DNA of 64,000 nucleotides, from NCBI RefSeq assembly GCF_964355755.1, contig NC_092670.1, positions 18,028,795 through 18,092,794 of the forward strand, in the 5' to 3' direction. Positions within the stretch are counted from its first letter, which is position 1; each line of letters opens with the position of its first letter. This document shows, one piece after another, positions 52,901-64,000 of this stretch. Position numbers and translations under genes: made by a program. The notes beneath the pieces were generated by a model. It was not told the origin of the DNA. It was given only the letters and a program-made list of their open reading frames with translations, and made no database searches. The DNA is from Antedon mediterranea (lineage: Eukaryota; Animalia; Echinodermata).

Positions 52901-55900
52901 TGTGTAATCTTTAGTGTCATGTTCTTGGTATGAGGGACTGAAAAAATTAAATCCTGATTTAGGATTTGGCGTTATCCGGAAGCGATGAGAAGCTATCACA
53001 ACACTGATAGTTTTTTCATTCATAAACATTTATTTCTATTAATGGTGCATAGCAAATAACAATAACAAATTAAATAAAAGAAGAAATATACCATTAATAA
53101 GAGGTTGTTACCTCTTTACGTTCTCTCATAAGTTTAAGCATGCGCAGATGATTGGAACGTTCTCTCATAAGATTATAAGCATGCGCAGACTGACTGGAAC
53201 TCTAACTAGTACTTTGAGAGTTTCGACGCCTAATAAACAGGTCGTAATTCAAAATGATATAGTCCTACCATTTGCCTTATTTTCGTTAGAAGTTTGCCAG
53301 CTGTATTTGACTGGAGCTCCCTTGATCCTGTTAACTTCTGCTTGCTGGAGTCTAGCTCGACGGCCTTCGGGGTTTTCACGGTTCCCATTGGCTACTCGTG
53401 AACTACCTTTAGCCCACATTCGACTTGCCTAACAATCATAAGAAGAATTGTATTAAATGTTGTTTTATTTACTTTCTTAGATAAAGAATAACGTCGCAAT
53501 TATCAATACGTTTTCAATAATAGGCATAGTCGACGTATTAACTAATGACGCCAACAACCAATCACAGAAAAAGAGCACAAAAAAAAGAAAATAAACAAAT
53601 AGTAGGCTTAATTATCGAAAAAAGCACCAAAATATAATTGATTAAAAATTATATTATTATTACCGATCGTCCCATTTGATTTCTTTCAATGTCAGATGCT
53701 TTCCTGAAAATTTGTAAAATTTCGGTTGCGCCTTCAAGAACTGAAACAAAACATTGTATTAATGTATTAAAATGAATGAAATAAAATATGAATGATCGTT
53801 ATATAAATGCTAACGATTGTTGAATGTTTAGTAAAGTGTATAATCAAACAAATACAAGGCTGCTAAAGTACTGTATATGACGTCACTTGATACCTTTTAT
53901 ATTGTCCATTCTCATTGCTGGTAACACTACAAGAACAATCCAACATGGCGTTTTAGTATCTTCAACTGCGTCTTTCACAAAACTCAGCGCAACAGACGAT
54001 AAGTGGCGGATCCGTGCTCTGTCAACATTCTCTTTACGTGCTTCCAGTGCCAGCTGAACTTTGAACTCTTGAATGTCGAATATCTTATAAAATAAAAAAA
54101 ATCATTGGTCAACTTGTTTGCGTTGCGTCTACGTCATTTGGTTGCCTTCTACAGGGACCAAATCTTTAAGCTTGATTCCCACTTCGCAACGCAACAAGGT
54201 ACGCGAAACGCAGGTGAATTGACCAATCACAAGTGACCATTTGAAATTGTTTGGACAAATTAGTTGCGATGCACTTTACGTCTAACGTTAGCGTTCAAGT
54301 GGGAACCAAGCTTAAGGAATATTCTACATGCTGTGAAACTTCAACGACTAAGCTTATTCTATTTCCGTATTATTATACGATACACGAAGTCTTTTAAAAC
54401 GGTTAAGGCTACATTTAAGTACTCTTCAGTTGAGAGGAATCAACGGTTGACTTAAGACAGAATATTAAAAGTTCAATGTACGTTATTTCTGTTATGATTA
54501 TGTTTTCGCTATTCATAATATTATCAACCATAATAAATTACTGCAATCTAAACATAATTACCTTTAATGGTTGATTCACTTCTAAATGACCCATATTCTC
54601 GACCAGTTCCGGTGAAAGACAATGATCCTGAGGTTCAAAACATCCTTTGACAAACACTTCATTTTTTCCTAGTCTTGTTGCCCAAACATTACCTTCCTGG
54701 TCTACTTCTAGTTGAACTCCTCGCCCTATGTGTGCCCGCACTTTCTCTGTCTGTTGGTCCCGTAACGGGTTTCGCAGAATACCAAAACCTAGCCTGAAAA
54801 AATTAAGGACAATTTTCAAATTCAAATTCAACAAACATTTATTTCATCAAATGCCATACAATTAATACAAAGCATAAAATGAAGACCAACCTAAAGTAAA
54901 CTTGTCTCAGTTGGGCATTTAACAGTGATAATATATAATAAATAATATAATAAAAATGCTTAAACATATTTAAAATAATTCTATTGACTGCACCACCTTT
55001 TCCGATTATCTAGATCAACAACATGATTTATGGGTTATTAATCAAAGTGTGTTGCACCTGAAAAAGCTAGCTACAGACATATACATATATAATAGACTTA
55101 TACATAGATCCCTACTTTTTATAATCGTTAGGACGAATACAAGTATCACTTGTTATGTAATTGCTCCTATTCATGGTAGTTTTGTGTCAAACAACCAAAA
55201 CTGTGTTTCTATATGCATAGTGCATAGTGTATGTGATTACCTTCTTACTAACTCAAACAACTTTAAACTAATATCTTATTTAAGAATTGATGACCGTGTT
55301 GAATCGGATCATATGCCAATTGCCTTTAGTATTCAATTCAAAGACAAAGAACACACCAAAATGATTGTCAATGAAGATGACACGTTTACCCAGAGTACGT
55401 TCAAATGGTCCAACAGTTACATTAATGCATCCAAAGTCAGATGGGAACATGATATCATTGAAACTATTGATAATGATTTTATGAATGCTATCTCTCAAAA
55501 TAAAATTGATGAGGCAGTTTCACATTTATGTAAAATTTTTGAATACGTATGTAAAGGAATTAAGTATACACAAACAAGTAAATCTTCAACTTCTACAAAA
55601 CGAAACGAATGGTTTGATAAAGATTGTAAGAACCTTAAAATGCAGGTTAAACAATCATTAAAGAGATTTAGAATTATGCGCACTCAACCTTTTTTAAATA
55701 ATTATATTCAGATAAAAAAGCAATATAAATCGCTATTAAAATGCAAAAAAAATAACTTTCATAAAAGAATACGCAAACAAATTATCGATTCACTCAATAC
55801 AAAGGATAGCAAAACGTTTTGGATGAAGTTGAAGACAAAACAGAAATTATCTTGCGAACTTTCTATTAATCAATGTTATATTCATTTTAAGAACCTATTT

Positions 55901-58900
55901 AAAAACGATGAGTCTATTGGTAGCGCTGAGTTGCCAAAAATCACAGAATGCCAACAGAATGAAGACGATGATTATTTAGACCACGACATAACGTTGGATG
56001 AAATAAAAAAAGCATTTAATTCTCAAAATAGTGGAAAAGCTCCCGGCATTGATGGAATGAATTTTGAATTTTTGCTAAACGCCCCCAACATTATTTTTGA
56101 TATTTTAAAAATTCTTTTTAACGCCATATTTTTAGTTGAAAAATTTCCCAAACAATGGGCAACAAGCTTAATCGTTCCAATTTTTAAAAATGGAGATAAA
56201 AACAAACCTGAAAATTATAGAGGTATTTCTTTAATTCCAATCCTAGGAAAAATATTTTTAAATATTCTTAATTCTAGGTTAACACAATTTACAAATAGTA
56301 AAAAGTTAATTCATGAGGAACAAGCAGGCTTTCGTAAGGGATATAGAACGACAGATAATATATTCATTTTAGATACCCTCATCTCTAAATACTTAGATAA
56401 AAAGCGGGGTAGGATTTTTGTTTGTTTTGTTGATCTTAAACGTGCCTTTGACTCTATAAATCATACACTTTTACTACATAAGTTGAAATGTATCGGTGTT
56501 TCAGGCAGAATGTTACACATAATAAATTCCTTATACCAAAACTTATCTGCTCATGTTAAAATTGGCAACAAACTTAGTCCATCTTTTAATTGTTCGATTG
56601 GAGTACAACAAGGTTCTCCGTTGTCGTCTTTACTCTTTAATATTTACATTAATGATTTGAGTGGTATACTTAATCAGGTAAACGATTTCATTCAAATTGG
56701 AGATTGTCATATGAATCATCTTCTTTATGCAGATGACTTAGTGCTTGTTAGTGATACGGTGAAAGGTCTCCAAAAATTAATAAATAAACTTGAACTTTAT
56801 TGTGATACTTGGAAACTTACTGTAAACACTACAAAATCCAAAATTATGGTTTTTAAAAATGGCCGCAATTTAAGGAACATTGAAAAATGGAAGTATAAAA
56901 ATATTCAATTAAAAATTGTTAATTCGTATAATTATCTTGGTGTTATTTTTAGTTCAAATGGTGCATGGAACAACTCAATGCAACATAATCAACAAAAAGC
57001 AAATCAAAGTTTATTCTGCTTAAAATCATTCATTTATCGTAACTTATCTTTTCTTCCAATTAATACATGGAACCATATCTTTGATGTGAAAATACTTCCT
57101 ATTTTAACGTATGGAAGCGAAATCTGGGGAATGTCAGATAGCACAAACATTATAGAAAAAACACATACTAAATTTTGTAGATATTTATTGCAAGTTGGAA
57201 AAAATGCACCAAATGCCGCTGTTACTTCTGAGTTAGGTAGATTACCACTTTCTGTGGATTGTTTAGTTACAGTTATAAGATTTTGGTTACACATTATTAC
57301 TTTAGATCATGACAGATTCATTTTTAAGTGTTATGAATTTCAACTTAGAAAAGTTAACCGTAATGAGAATTGTTGGGCACAACAGGTCAAACACTTACTC
57401 TTTTCTACTGGTTTTGGTTATATATGGTTACAACAATATGTTAATAGTAAAGGTTTATTTTTGAGAGAATTTAAGTTGCGCTTATGTGATATTGAAAAAC
57501 AAAAATGCATTCAAAAATTTAGTTTACATAATAAGTTAAGGCTCTTTTCTCTTTATAAAAAAGAAATATGTTTAAGTTATCACTTGACCAACATCATTAA
57601 TTTTAAACAAAGAAGAATATTAACTAAGTTACGTTTAGGGATATTAGAGCTAGAAATTGAAAAGGGCAGATGGGAGGGTGTAGAAAGATATAAGAGAACG
57701 TGTAAATTATGTAAAAAGAACATTGTTGAGGATGAATATCATTTTATTTTGCAATGCACATTTTACAATGATTTAAGAAAAAGTTTTATTCCAAGATTTA
57801 TTCGTGTTTTTCCTTCTATTAATAAGCTTTGTTTATTACTTTCCAACACAAATTTTACTTATAATTTAGGAAAATACGTCTACTTTGCTTTTGAAAGAAG
57901 AAACCATTATCTTAAGTTATAGTTAATTTTTATTTGTTTGTATTAGGGCCAAAGGCCAATATATTTTGAACCAATAAATTCCCTGAAAAGGGAAAGAAGT
58001 AATATGCTATAAGTCTATATGCTATAAGTGGTAATTACCGGATGACACAACAATTAAACAAACATATAAAATTAAAAAGAAAGTGAAAAGACCACCAAGA
58101 AGACCAAAAGGCTTGATAAACCAAATAAAAAGATAACCAAATAAAAAAAAAAGATTTAAAAGGAAAACAAATGTAGACTTTAGCACAATAACAAACTATC
58201 CTGCCCAAAACAGAAAATATTGAAACGAATCGTGGAAAGCGTAATGTCTGAATGACGTAAAATGTTCTAAGAGAGATACAAGTAGTATCAAAGAACTTAT
58301 AACACAAGAATCTCCTGTTCGTCCGAAGCGCGTAACAATTTCGAAAGGCATTGTGGGATAGAATAGAGCTATGGGTGGCGCCATTGTGAGCCATGGAGTA
58401 GGGCGCCCGCATCAAATTAGAAAGTCAAAATCATAGAGGGGATCTGCTAATGCTCTAGAGGGGGTAGAGTAATTGACTTCCTAGTTTGGAGGGGGCACTG
58501 CTCCATGCTGTGAAATGGCGTCGCCCAGTTTGACCTTTTAACCCTGTACTTCCGATACTGTGTTTTGAATGCAAATTGAAGAACAGGAGATTCTTTTGTT
58601 ATAAGTTCTTTGGTAGTATGTTTACCTGCCAGGGTATTGAAATCGGTATCCATCCACAATCAATGTGGGTGATTTTATGCAAAACTCAGTCAGTCTACAA
58701 TGTTTCTCAAGGAAGTAAACTTTGGCCCAACAATCATCATCTATGTCGTTAATTTGTGAATACACTTCATCTGTTAGTTCCTGAAAAAAAAAACCAGTCA
58801 ATCAATCAATATATCAATCAATAAATCCATTTATCAATATTATATTGATCAGTCAATATCAATTAATTAATCAATATATCAAACATCTATCAAAATAATC

Positions 58901-61900
58901 AACAATATAATATCAATAAATCAATATATCAATTATAAAAATACATGTATCAATCAATATTATCAATGTTTTCCTACCTCTTGCATTTTACTTTTCTTTG
59001 TTTTTATGTCTGTTTTGTTAACATTCGGACTTTCGAATTCGCCGTAACTCAATCTTTTTGGTTTTCTTGCTGGTACTGGGGCTACTTTCCTGTTCTCAAT
59101 ATTTACCCGATGGCGATCAGTTCGTACCTTTAGCTCTCCATACAACATCTGAAATCAGCAAAATGAAAAGAAGCTTATTTATTTTATCTATTTTAACTTT
59201 TATTAAGTCATTTGACGCGATGACGTGGGCATTAATAGGTCTATTTATTAAAAGTATTAAACCTTTTTCAAATTTGTCAGGACAATCATAAACTACCGGA
59301 TCATTCGAATTGTCGCTTTCTGATTAGTCAAATTGCTTGTGTTGTCCGTACGTCATTGCGTTGCATCTCCAAGAGTGGATGAGTGGAAGATTCAATATTG
59401 CCTTAAAAATAAATGTATATGTTAACATTCCTACCTCTCGTTTTCGGCTGTCCTGTTTCTTTTGGTCAAGTTTATCTAGCCTCACCAATTCAGAATGAAA
59501 TCGATCACCAAATTGGTGCATCAGTTCAAACATCTGCCGCTGTTCTTTGACTTCTTTTCGCCGTTTCGCCAGAATGGTGTGATAACGCCGCCTTGCCATT
59601 CGTCCGCGAACCATTCGTTGACACGTGATCACACGGTCTATCAAGTTATCAAGGATTGAGTCGAGTTGTTCCGTGTGCCAATATTTTAGGAATACCTGTG
59701 AAAGAAGTTATTCATTTAAATGATCCACAACATAACAATTGGTTGTTTTTTTTGTTATTATTCAATGTGCAGTATGCAGTAGCAGAGTCAATATCATCAT
59801 CGCCTGCATCCTCTTAACTTATCCGTCATAATTGTTACCGCCATTATCGTCGTATGTTAAGTTGCACTTGGTAATAAAGTCGCAATTTGTAATAACAGTT
59901 TTCATTGTAATAAACTTGTCGCACTTTCTTTCACACTTAATAATAATAGGCTTAATACCATGTGTTATATATTTCAGTATTTTTACAATTTCTCGATCGC
60001 AATATAACAACATAAATATCATAAATGACACGATGACCATAAATTGATCCAATTCTTACCTTAGTTTTACCAATCTCATAGCCTTCCAATCCAGCCACTT
60101 CAAGGAGTTTCCTACACGCAGATGACGTTATTTTGATGTCCTTTGATGCATTATATGCGATAAACTTATACCTTAATTCGAGAAAAAAAAACCATATTAT
60201 TTTGCAGACATATACAAACGATCATTAGGTTTAACATTAATTCGAATCGGACGCCATCGCAGTCTCCGATCCTTAAGGAGTTCCCAAGCCCCATACGAAT
60301 ACTACACTAGTTTGTGGTGTGATGTGATGTGCCCAAATATAGAAGTGACATGACGTCATAATGTCCATGTATGGGAACATCACATACAGTTTTGTAGATA
60401 GTGTAGACAGACAGACAATGTTTTTGAATAATCTAATACCTGCGCAAAAATTCTGCAAATATCAGTCGCGTAGGGTATCCTTCGCGACGTATACGAGTAG
60501 TTTCTAACACTCCAGTATATCTTAGTTGTCTGACAACTAGTTGAGGCTCAAATGTGTTTGGCTGACTGTATACGTTTGGCTTGACACAACGAACAAACTG
60601 AGGTTCTGCTCCCAACATCTTCTGCATCAGATCAGTCAAAGATTCCTAAAATAAGAAACACAGTCAAATAAAACAATTTGTTGGTCGATGTTCTGAAAAA
60701 TTTAATTTGTGTTACTATTTCACAGTGTATTGTTTACTAGACTGGATCCATTACTCCCCAATCACACTTTTTTAGAGGAGAATTCTTAAACTATAAGTAT
60801 TTTCTTCAGTGAAACTTACACTGACTTGTAAGTTTCACTATAAGGTTTTGTTATTAATCATGGGAAAAGCTCGATCAAGCTCGATATAGTATTATACACT
60901 AAATTGTTTTGTCGTATGTTAGGTTACACGAAATAGTTTAGAACATGGAATATGTTTGTAGTAGAGCCCGTTTATGGAACGACAATATTCCAAAATAGGG
61001 CAAAAACGCACTATAAAATGGCTGCTGTAAGAAATGCGCTAGCTCGATAATACACTCAAACTGAAGACATATTCTTTATATCCACACATATTTCTAAAGC
61101 TCTGTCTACACTATCAAACTTTATGTGACAACAAAATGTGATGTGCTCTTAATGGACATGATGATGCCTTATTACTACCATATTTGGGCATGTCACTACC
61201 ATATTTGGGCACATCACACTTTTTTGTTAAACTAGTTTGGTAGTATGGACAGAGCTTTATAACTGTATACTGTAATTAATTAGTCATAAAGTAAAATTTT
61301 CTTACTCTAAAATGCAGGCCACTTGATGCGAGTTGCTTTCGTTTTTTGTCGTCCTTCGCTTTCCCCAATCCTTCTTTCATTCTGAAATAAAACAATTATA
61401 CGGCTGTTTCATTCATTTGATTCCCAATTCAAGCAACATGTTACATGGTTTCAAACTTAGTTTCTTTACCGTGGATTAGCAACAGTAATAATCCTATTCC
61501 AATCTTAATAGGCCTATATCAGGCTTTAGTCAACAACTCACCAATATGCTTAAACACGTGTAAACAATCAAGTTAAGTTTTCAGATATTATTCGTATTGT
61601 TACAAAGAAACGTAAACAAAACCGTAGTAGTAGCTTCTGTCAAAGTCATCCACAGCTGATGGCTTATTTAAGTAGAAATAGAGGAAGTGATCAATGACGG
61701 TAGGTCTAACACTGCGGAAGTGGCGACACATTTCTGGCACGCATTTACACACGGAAGGAAACGCGTGCAGTAGTGTTATATATAGGAATTGTTTATATCG
61801 TTAAAGTTATTTAGCGTTGTATTATACAAATGAATGATCAAGGTTGACATATCACAATCCTTCGTGCTCCATATCTTTATCAATAGGCAAGCTGTGTATC

Positions 61901-63647
61901 TATAATAGAAAGCTTAATGCAGACATTTTGAGAGCAGGGTTGAAATTCAGAGGCTGATAAAAACTGAAGGCCAATATTATTATTATTTTTCACCTTTCAA
62001 AACAGTAATTTCAGTATGTAGAAATTGGTACTGAGAGAGCTAGGCCTATACTTACTGTTTCTTGAGTTTCTTGCCCTGGCTACGTGATATGCTCATTGTC
62101 CCGTCGTGGATAATTTTAGTTGGTTTTTTACAGAGCAAGATATCTCGTTGGTTACGAAGAGCTTGTCTTACATCTCTGATAAATATAAATAACATTAAAA
62201 AACATAAAACATGGTACTGTGTTGGATTTGTAAATCAATCTTTTAATAATTTGATTTAAATGTACTTAGGCTTGCTTATATACTTAGGCTTGACTTAGAT
62301 GTAGGATAAAAGCGCTTACTTACTTTTCATTGCCTTGTTCTGAAAACAAAAACTTCACCAAGATGTTGTCACTCTCGCTCATCACATCTTGAAGATTTTG
62401 GCTAAAAGTGTCTCGATTCTTCTCAAGAAATCCGTTTGCGTCATACATAATCTATAACGTAGCAAAAAAAGTCTACTTTCATGATTTATCCAAAGAAATT
62501 TAAACAAACATAAAATAATAAATATTGTAAATTTCTAATTAACATTATTATATAATAAATTATAATAATAATATTGGTAGGCTTTATAGCTTCTAATACA
62601 ATGTTTCTAAGCGCTTTACACACACAAAAATCCATAAAATATTCTTAGATAACCAAAAAAGAGGAACCATTTACATAATAACATATAAAACATATGTCCT
62701 AATCTGGGAATTACTAAAAATTACTAATTATTGTACTTTACTTACATTCCTACTTTTTTTAAAGTTATGTTTCTTTTAATTATTTATAAAAACGTACTTT
62801 AATTCGTAAAACCCAATTTCCAATAAGTACATTCATCCAATCGAAAACGTTCGTTCGTATTCTTAATCAGAGAATATACTGATACAGGTTTTGGTAGAAA
62901 TAGAACCGGTAACAAAATTCGAAAACAAAAAAAAACATAGCTGGACTGATCTTGTTTAAAAAGATGATGTTTTAAAGCAAGATTCCAACTAAATGCTTTT
63001 GAAGGTACCCTACCATTATATCATATGCTTACTTACATCTGCTGCGAAGTGTTTGATTCCAAAGACCGACAGTCCGCTATTTTTCTTCGCAGGTTTAATC
63101 ACGTTTGAATGTTTCCCGTGATTTGATATTATTTTGCTGACCAGTGATTTATCTGATGCTTTTGGAAAACGACTTTCTTCATCCAATATTGCGAATATAC
63201 CAAGTGGTTTCTAAATATAAAGGTCGAAGGTCAAATACGGTCAAACAGTATTACAATATATCACAACCAAATATGGCAACATTATTACTATATATATAGC
63301 AATAGCGACAATGCCAGATAACTATAATTACTTGTCTGGACACAACTTTTCAATCGTTTATCAATGAAAACAAGATCAATATACCATAGTGGAAACATGG
63401 TTATAACATACAACTAATTACCCCAAGAAATAGGTCCAAAGTGGCTTGATTATCGGTAAATTTGATGCTAGATTTGGGAATTCCTTCTTGTGAATATTCT
63501 TGTAGTTCCCACGCAAATATACGTTGATTGAAGTAGAATTGAAGTTGTTCGTTGGTTACGTTTATACATAGTTGTTCGTAGCTGTTTTTCTCAAAGTTCT
63601 CAAATCCGTAAATGTCTAGGATTCCTACCTCGCAACCAGGTTGACCC
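49932..63647 (-). CDS. Unconventional myosin (class III-like motor) with one IQ motif and a C-terminal Smad-type MH2 domain; 5' part lies beyond the right edge
   Basis: Sixteen GT-AG exons with matching phases, in transcript order: 63647-63422, 63210-63037, 62451-62324, 62175-62056, 61381-61306, 60645-60440, 60171-60060, 59695-59435, 59148-58978, 58780-58626, 54793-54562, 54083-53894, 53740-53664, 53428-53269, 52842-52702, 50044-49932 (TAA); about 846 aa in the window. Motor motifs: [11 protein letters not shown] (switch 2), [75 protein letters not shown] (class III-like). IQ-like motif: [16 protein letters not shown]. Confidence 0.9.
51455..51830 (-). mobile_element. Degraded L1/Tx1-like ORF2 fragment in the last myosin intron
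   Basis: [41 protein letters not shown] resembles the post-RT region of Tx1-type ORF2. Confidence 0.5.
53894..58780 (-). CDS. MH2 (Smad) domain exons of the myosin gene (58780-58626, 54793-54562, 54083-53894)
   Basis: The spliced translation [80 protein letters not shown] aligns by eye with the Smad MH2 pattern WCSIAYYELN.RVGE..LTVDGF..RFCLGLLSNVNR..TRRHIGRGV.L..IFNNQEF..MSFVKGWG..TPCWIEL. Confidence 0.9.
54169..54312. mobile_element. MITE family B copy in an MH2-region intron of the myosin
   Basis: agcttgattcccactt ... aagtgggaaccaagct with TTA/TAA flanks. Confidence 0.75.
54815..55225 (-). mobile_element. Probable LINE 3' UTR and tail in the opposite orientation, abutting the RTE-X element
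   Basis: On the minus strand it ends in GAAATAAAATG..(TTTGAA)n, preceded by a short stem-loop-like segment; it has no coding capacity. Confidence 0.45.
55225..57980 (+). mobile_element. 5'-truncated non-LTR retrotransposon (RTE-X-like) with the end of the APE domain, RT and a C-terminal zinc finger; inside a myosin intron, antisense to the gene
   Basis: ORF 55049-57922 contains DYLL..SDHMPI (APE end), [52 protein letters not shown] and [16 protein letters not shown]. The frame is uninterrupted and followed by a short 3' UTR with AATAAA. Confidence 0.9.
58289..58612. mobile_element. P-element-like MITE with a 7-bp TSD
   Basis: ~32-bp TIRs CAAAGAACTTATAACA(C/A)AAGAATCTCCTGTTC; TSD GTAGTAT at 58282-58288 and 58613-58619. 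Confidence 0.8.
60300..60410. mobile_element. MITE family A degraded copy in a myosin intron
   Basis: gtgatgtgcccaaatat..gatagtgtagacag. Confidence 0.65.
61098..61256. mobile_element. MITE family A copy in a myosin intron
   Basis: Full TIRs with TAA/TTA flanks. Confidence 0.85.
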
Positions 63648-63826
63648 CTGCAGATAGTTTTGTAACATTAAATAATGGAATAGTGTGATTGAAAACGGAA
63701 ACTGTAGCAACCATGGTGCCGAAAATGAATATGTAGATGATAATGTTGGTGATGATTGCAATAATGTAAATGTAGGGGATCGGAATAGCATAAATAAAAA
63801 CTGTAGAAGATGTCATATACAACTAA

Positions 63827-63880
63827 AGGGGCATTCACACTTGTTCCGTTTCGCGAAACGGAACAGGTGTGTATGCCCCT
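63827..63880. mobile_element. 54-bp palindromic mini-MITE with TAA TSD
   Basis: Two 27-nt arms (AGGGGCATTCACACTTGTTCCGTTTCG / CGAAACGGAACAGGTGTGTATGCCCCT) with two mismatches and no spacer; TAA on both sides. Confidence 0.75.
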
Positions 63881-64000
63881 TAAGGGTCCCTTTGTTTCGT
63901 ACAACTGCCACCAAACGGCGGTCGTTCATTGTCTGTCCATGACATGAGTTAAGATGGACCGGTACACATGTGCAATCCCCTACTTATAAGATGCACTGGA

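Noticed and set aside
55049-55225. First ~60 aa of the 957-aa ORF as part of the LINE protein
   Set aside because: It has no APE motifs and starts at a non-ATG codon; it looks like chance open frame upstream of the 5' truncation point.
53894-58780. Stand-alone Smad gene downstream of the myosin
   Set aside because: There is no MH1 domain or separate start; the first MH2 exon begins at an acceptor in phase with the upstream myosin exons, which end in donors.

Overview
AT-rich, intron-rich eukaryotic (invertebrate metazoan) genomic DNA; an echinoderm or other deuterostome is my guess, but the sequence does not prove it. I rebuilt four spliced protein-coding genes by hand from GT-AG boundaries and codon phases. 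(1) HS1BP3 (PX-domain protein, minus strand) runs from ATG 40438 to an exon at 2207-2333 and continues off the left edge. (2) A ghrelin/motilin/neuromedin-U-family GPCR (minus, 8536-10353) appears nested on the same strand inside a ~27-kb HS1BP3 intron. (3) UQCRB (plus, 40730-42491) lies head-to-head with HS1BP3, with 291 bp between the start codons. (4) The 3' 16 exons of an unconventional class-III-like myosin (minus, 49932-63647) encode motor, one IQ motif and an in-frame Smad-type MH2 domain with a shortened L3 loop; this is the most striking feature of the window. The rest is dense with repeats: RTE-X, L2/Crack, CR1, RTE and Tx1 LINE pieces, tRNA-derived SINEs, PIF/Harbinger-type MITEs, hAT5-like, P-like, Kolobok-like and Helentron-like non-autonomous elements, and several tandem arrays. 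All protein and repeat family calls come from remembered motifs; no database search was run.
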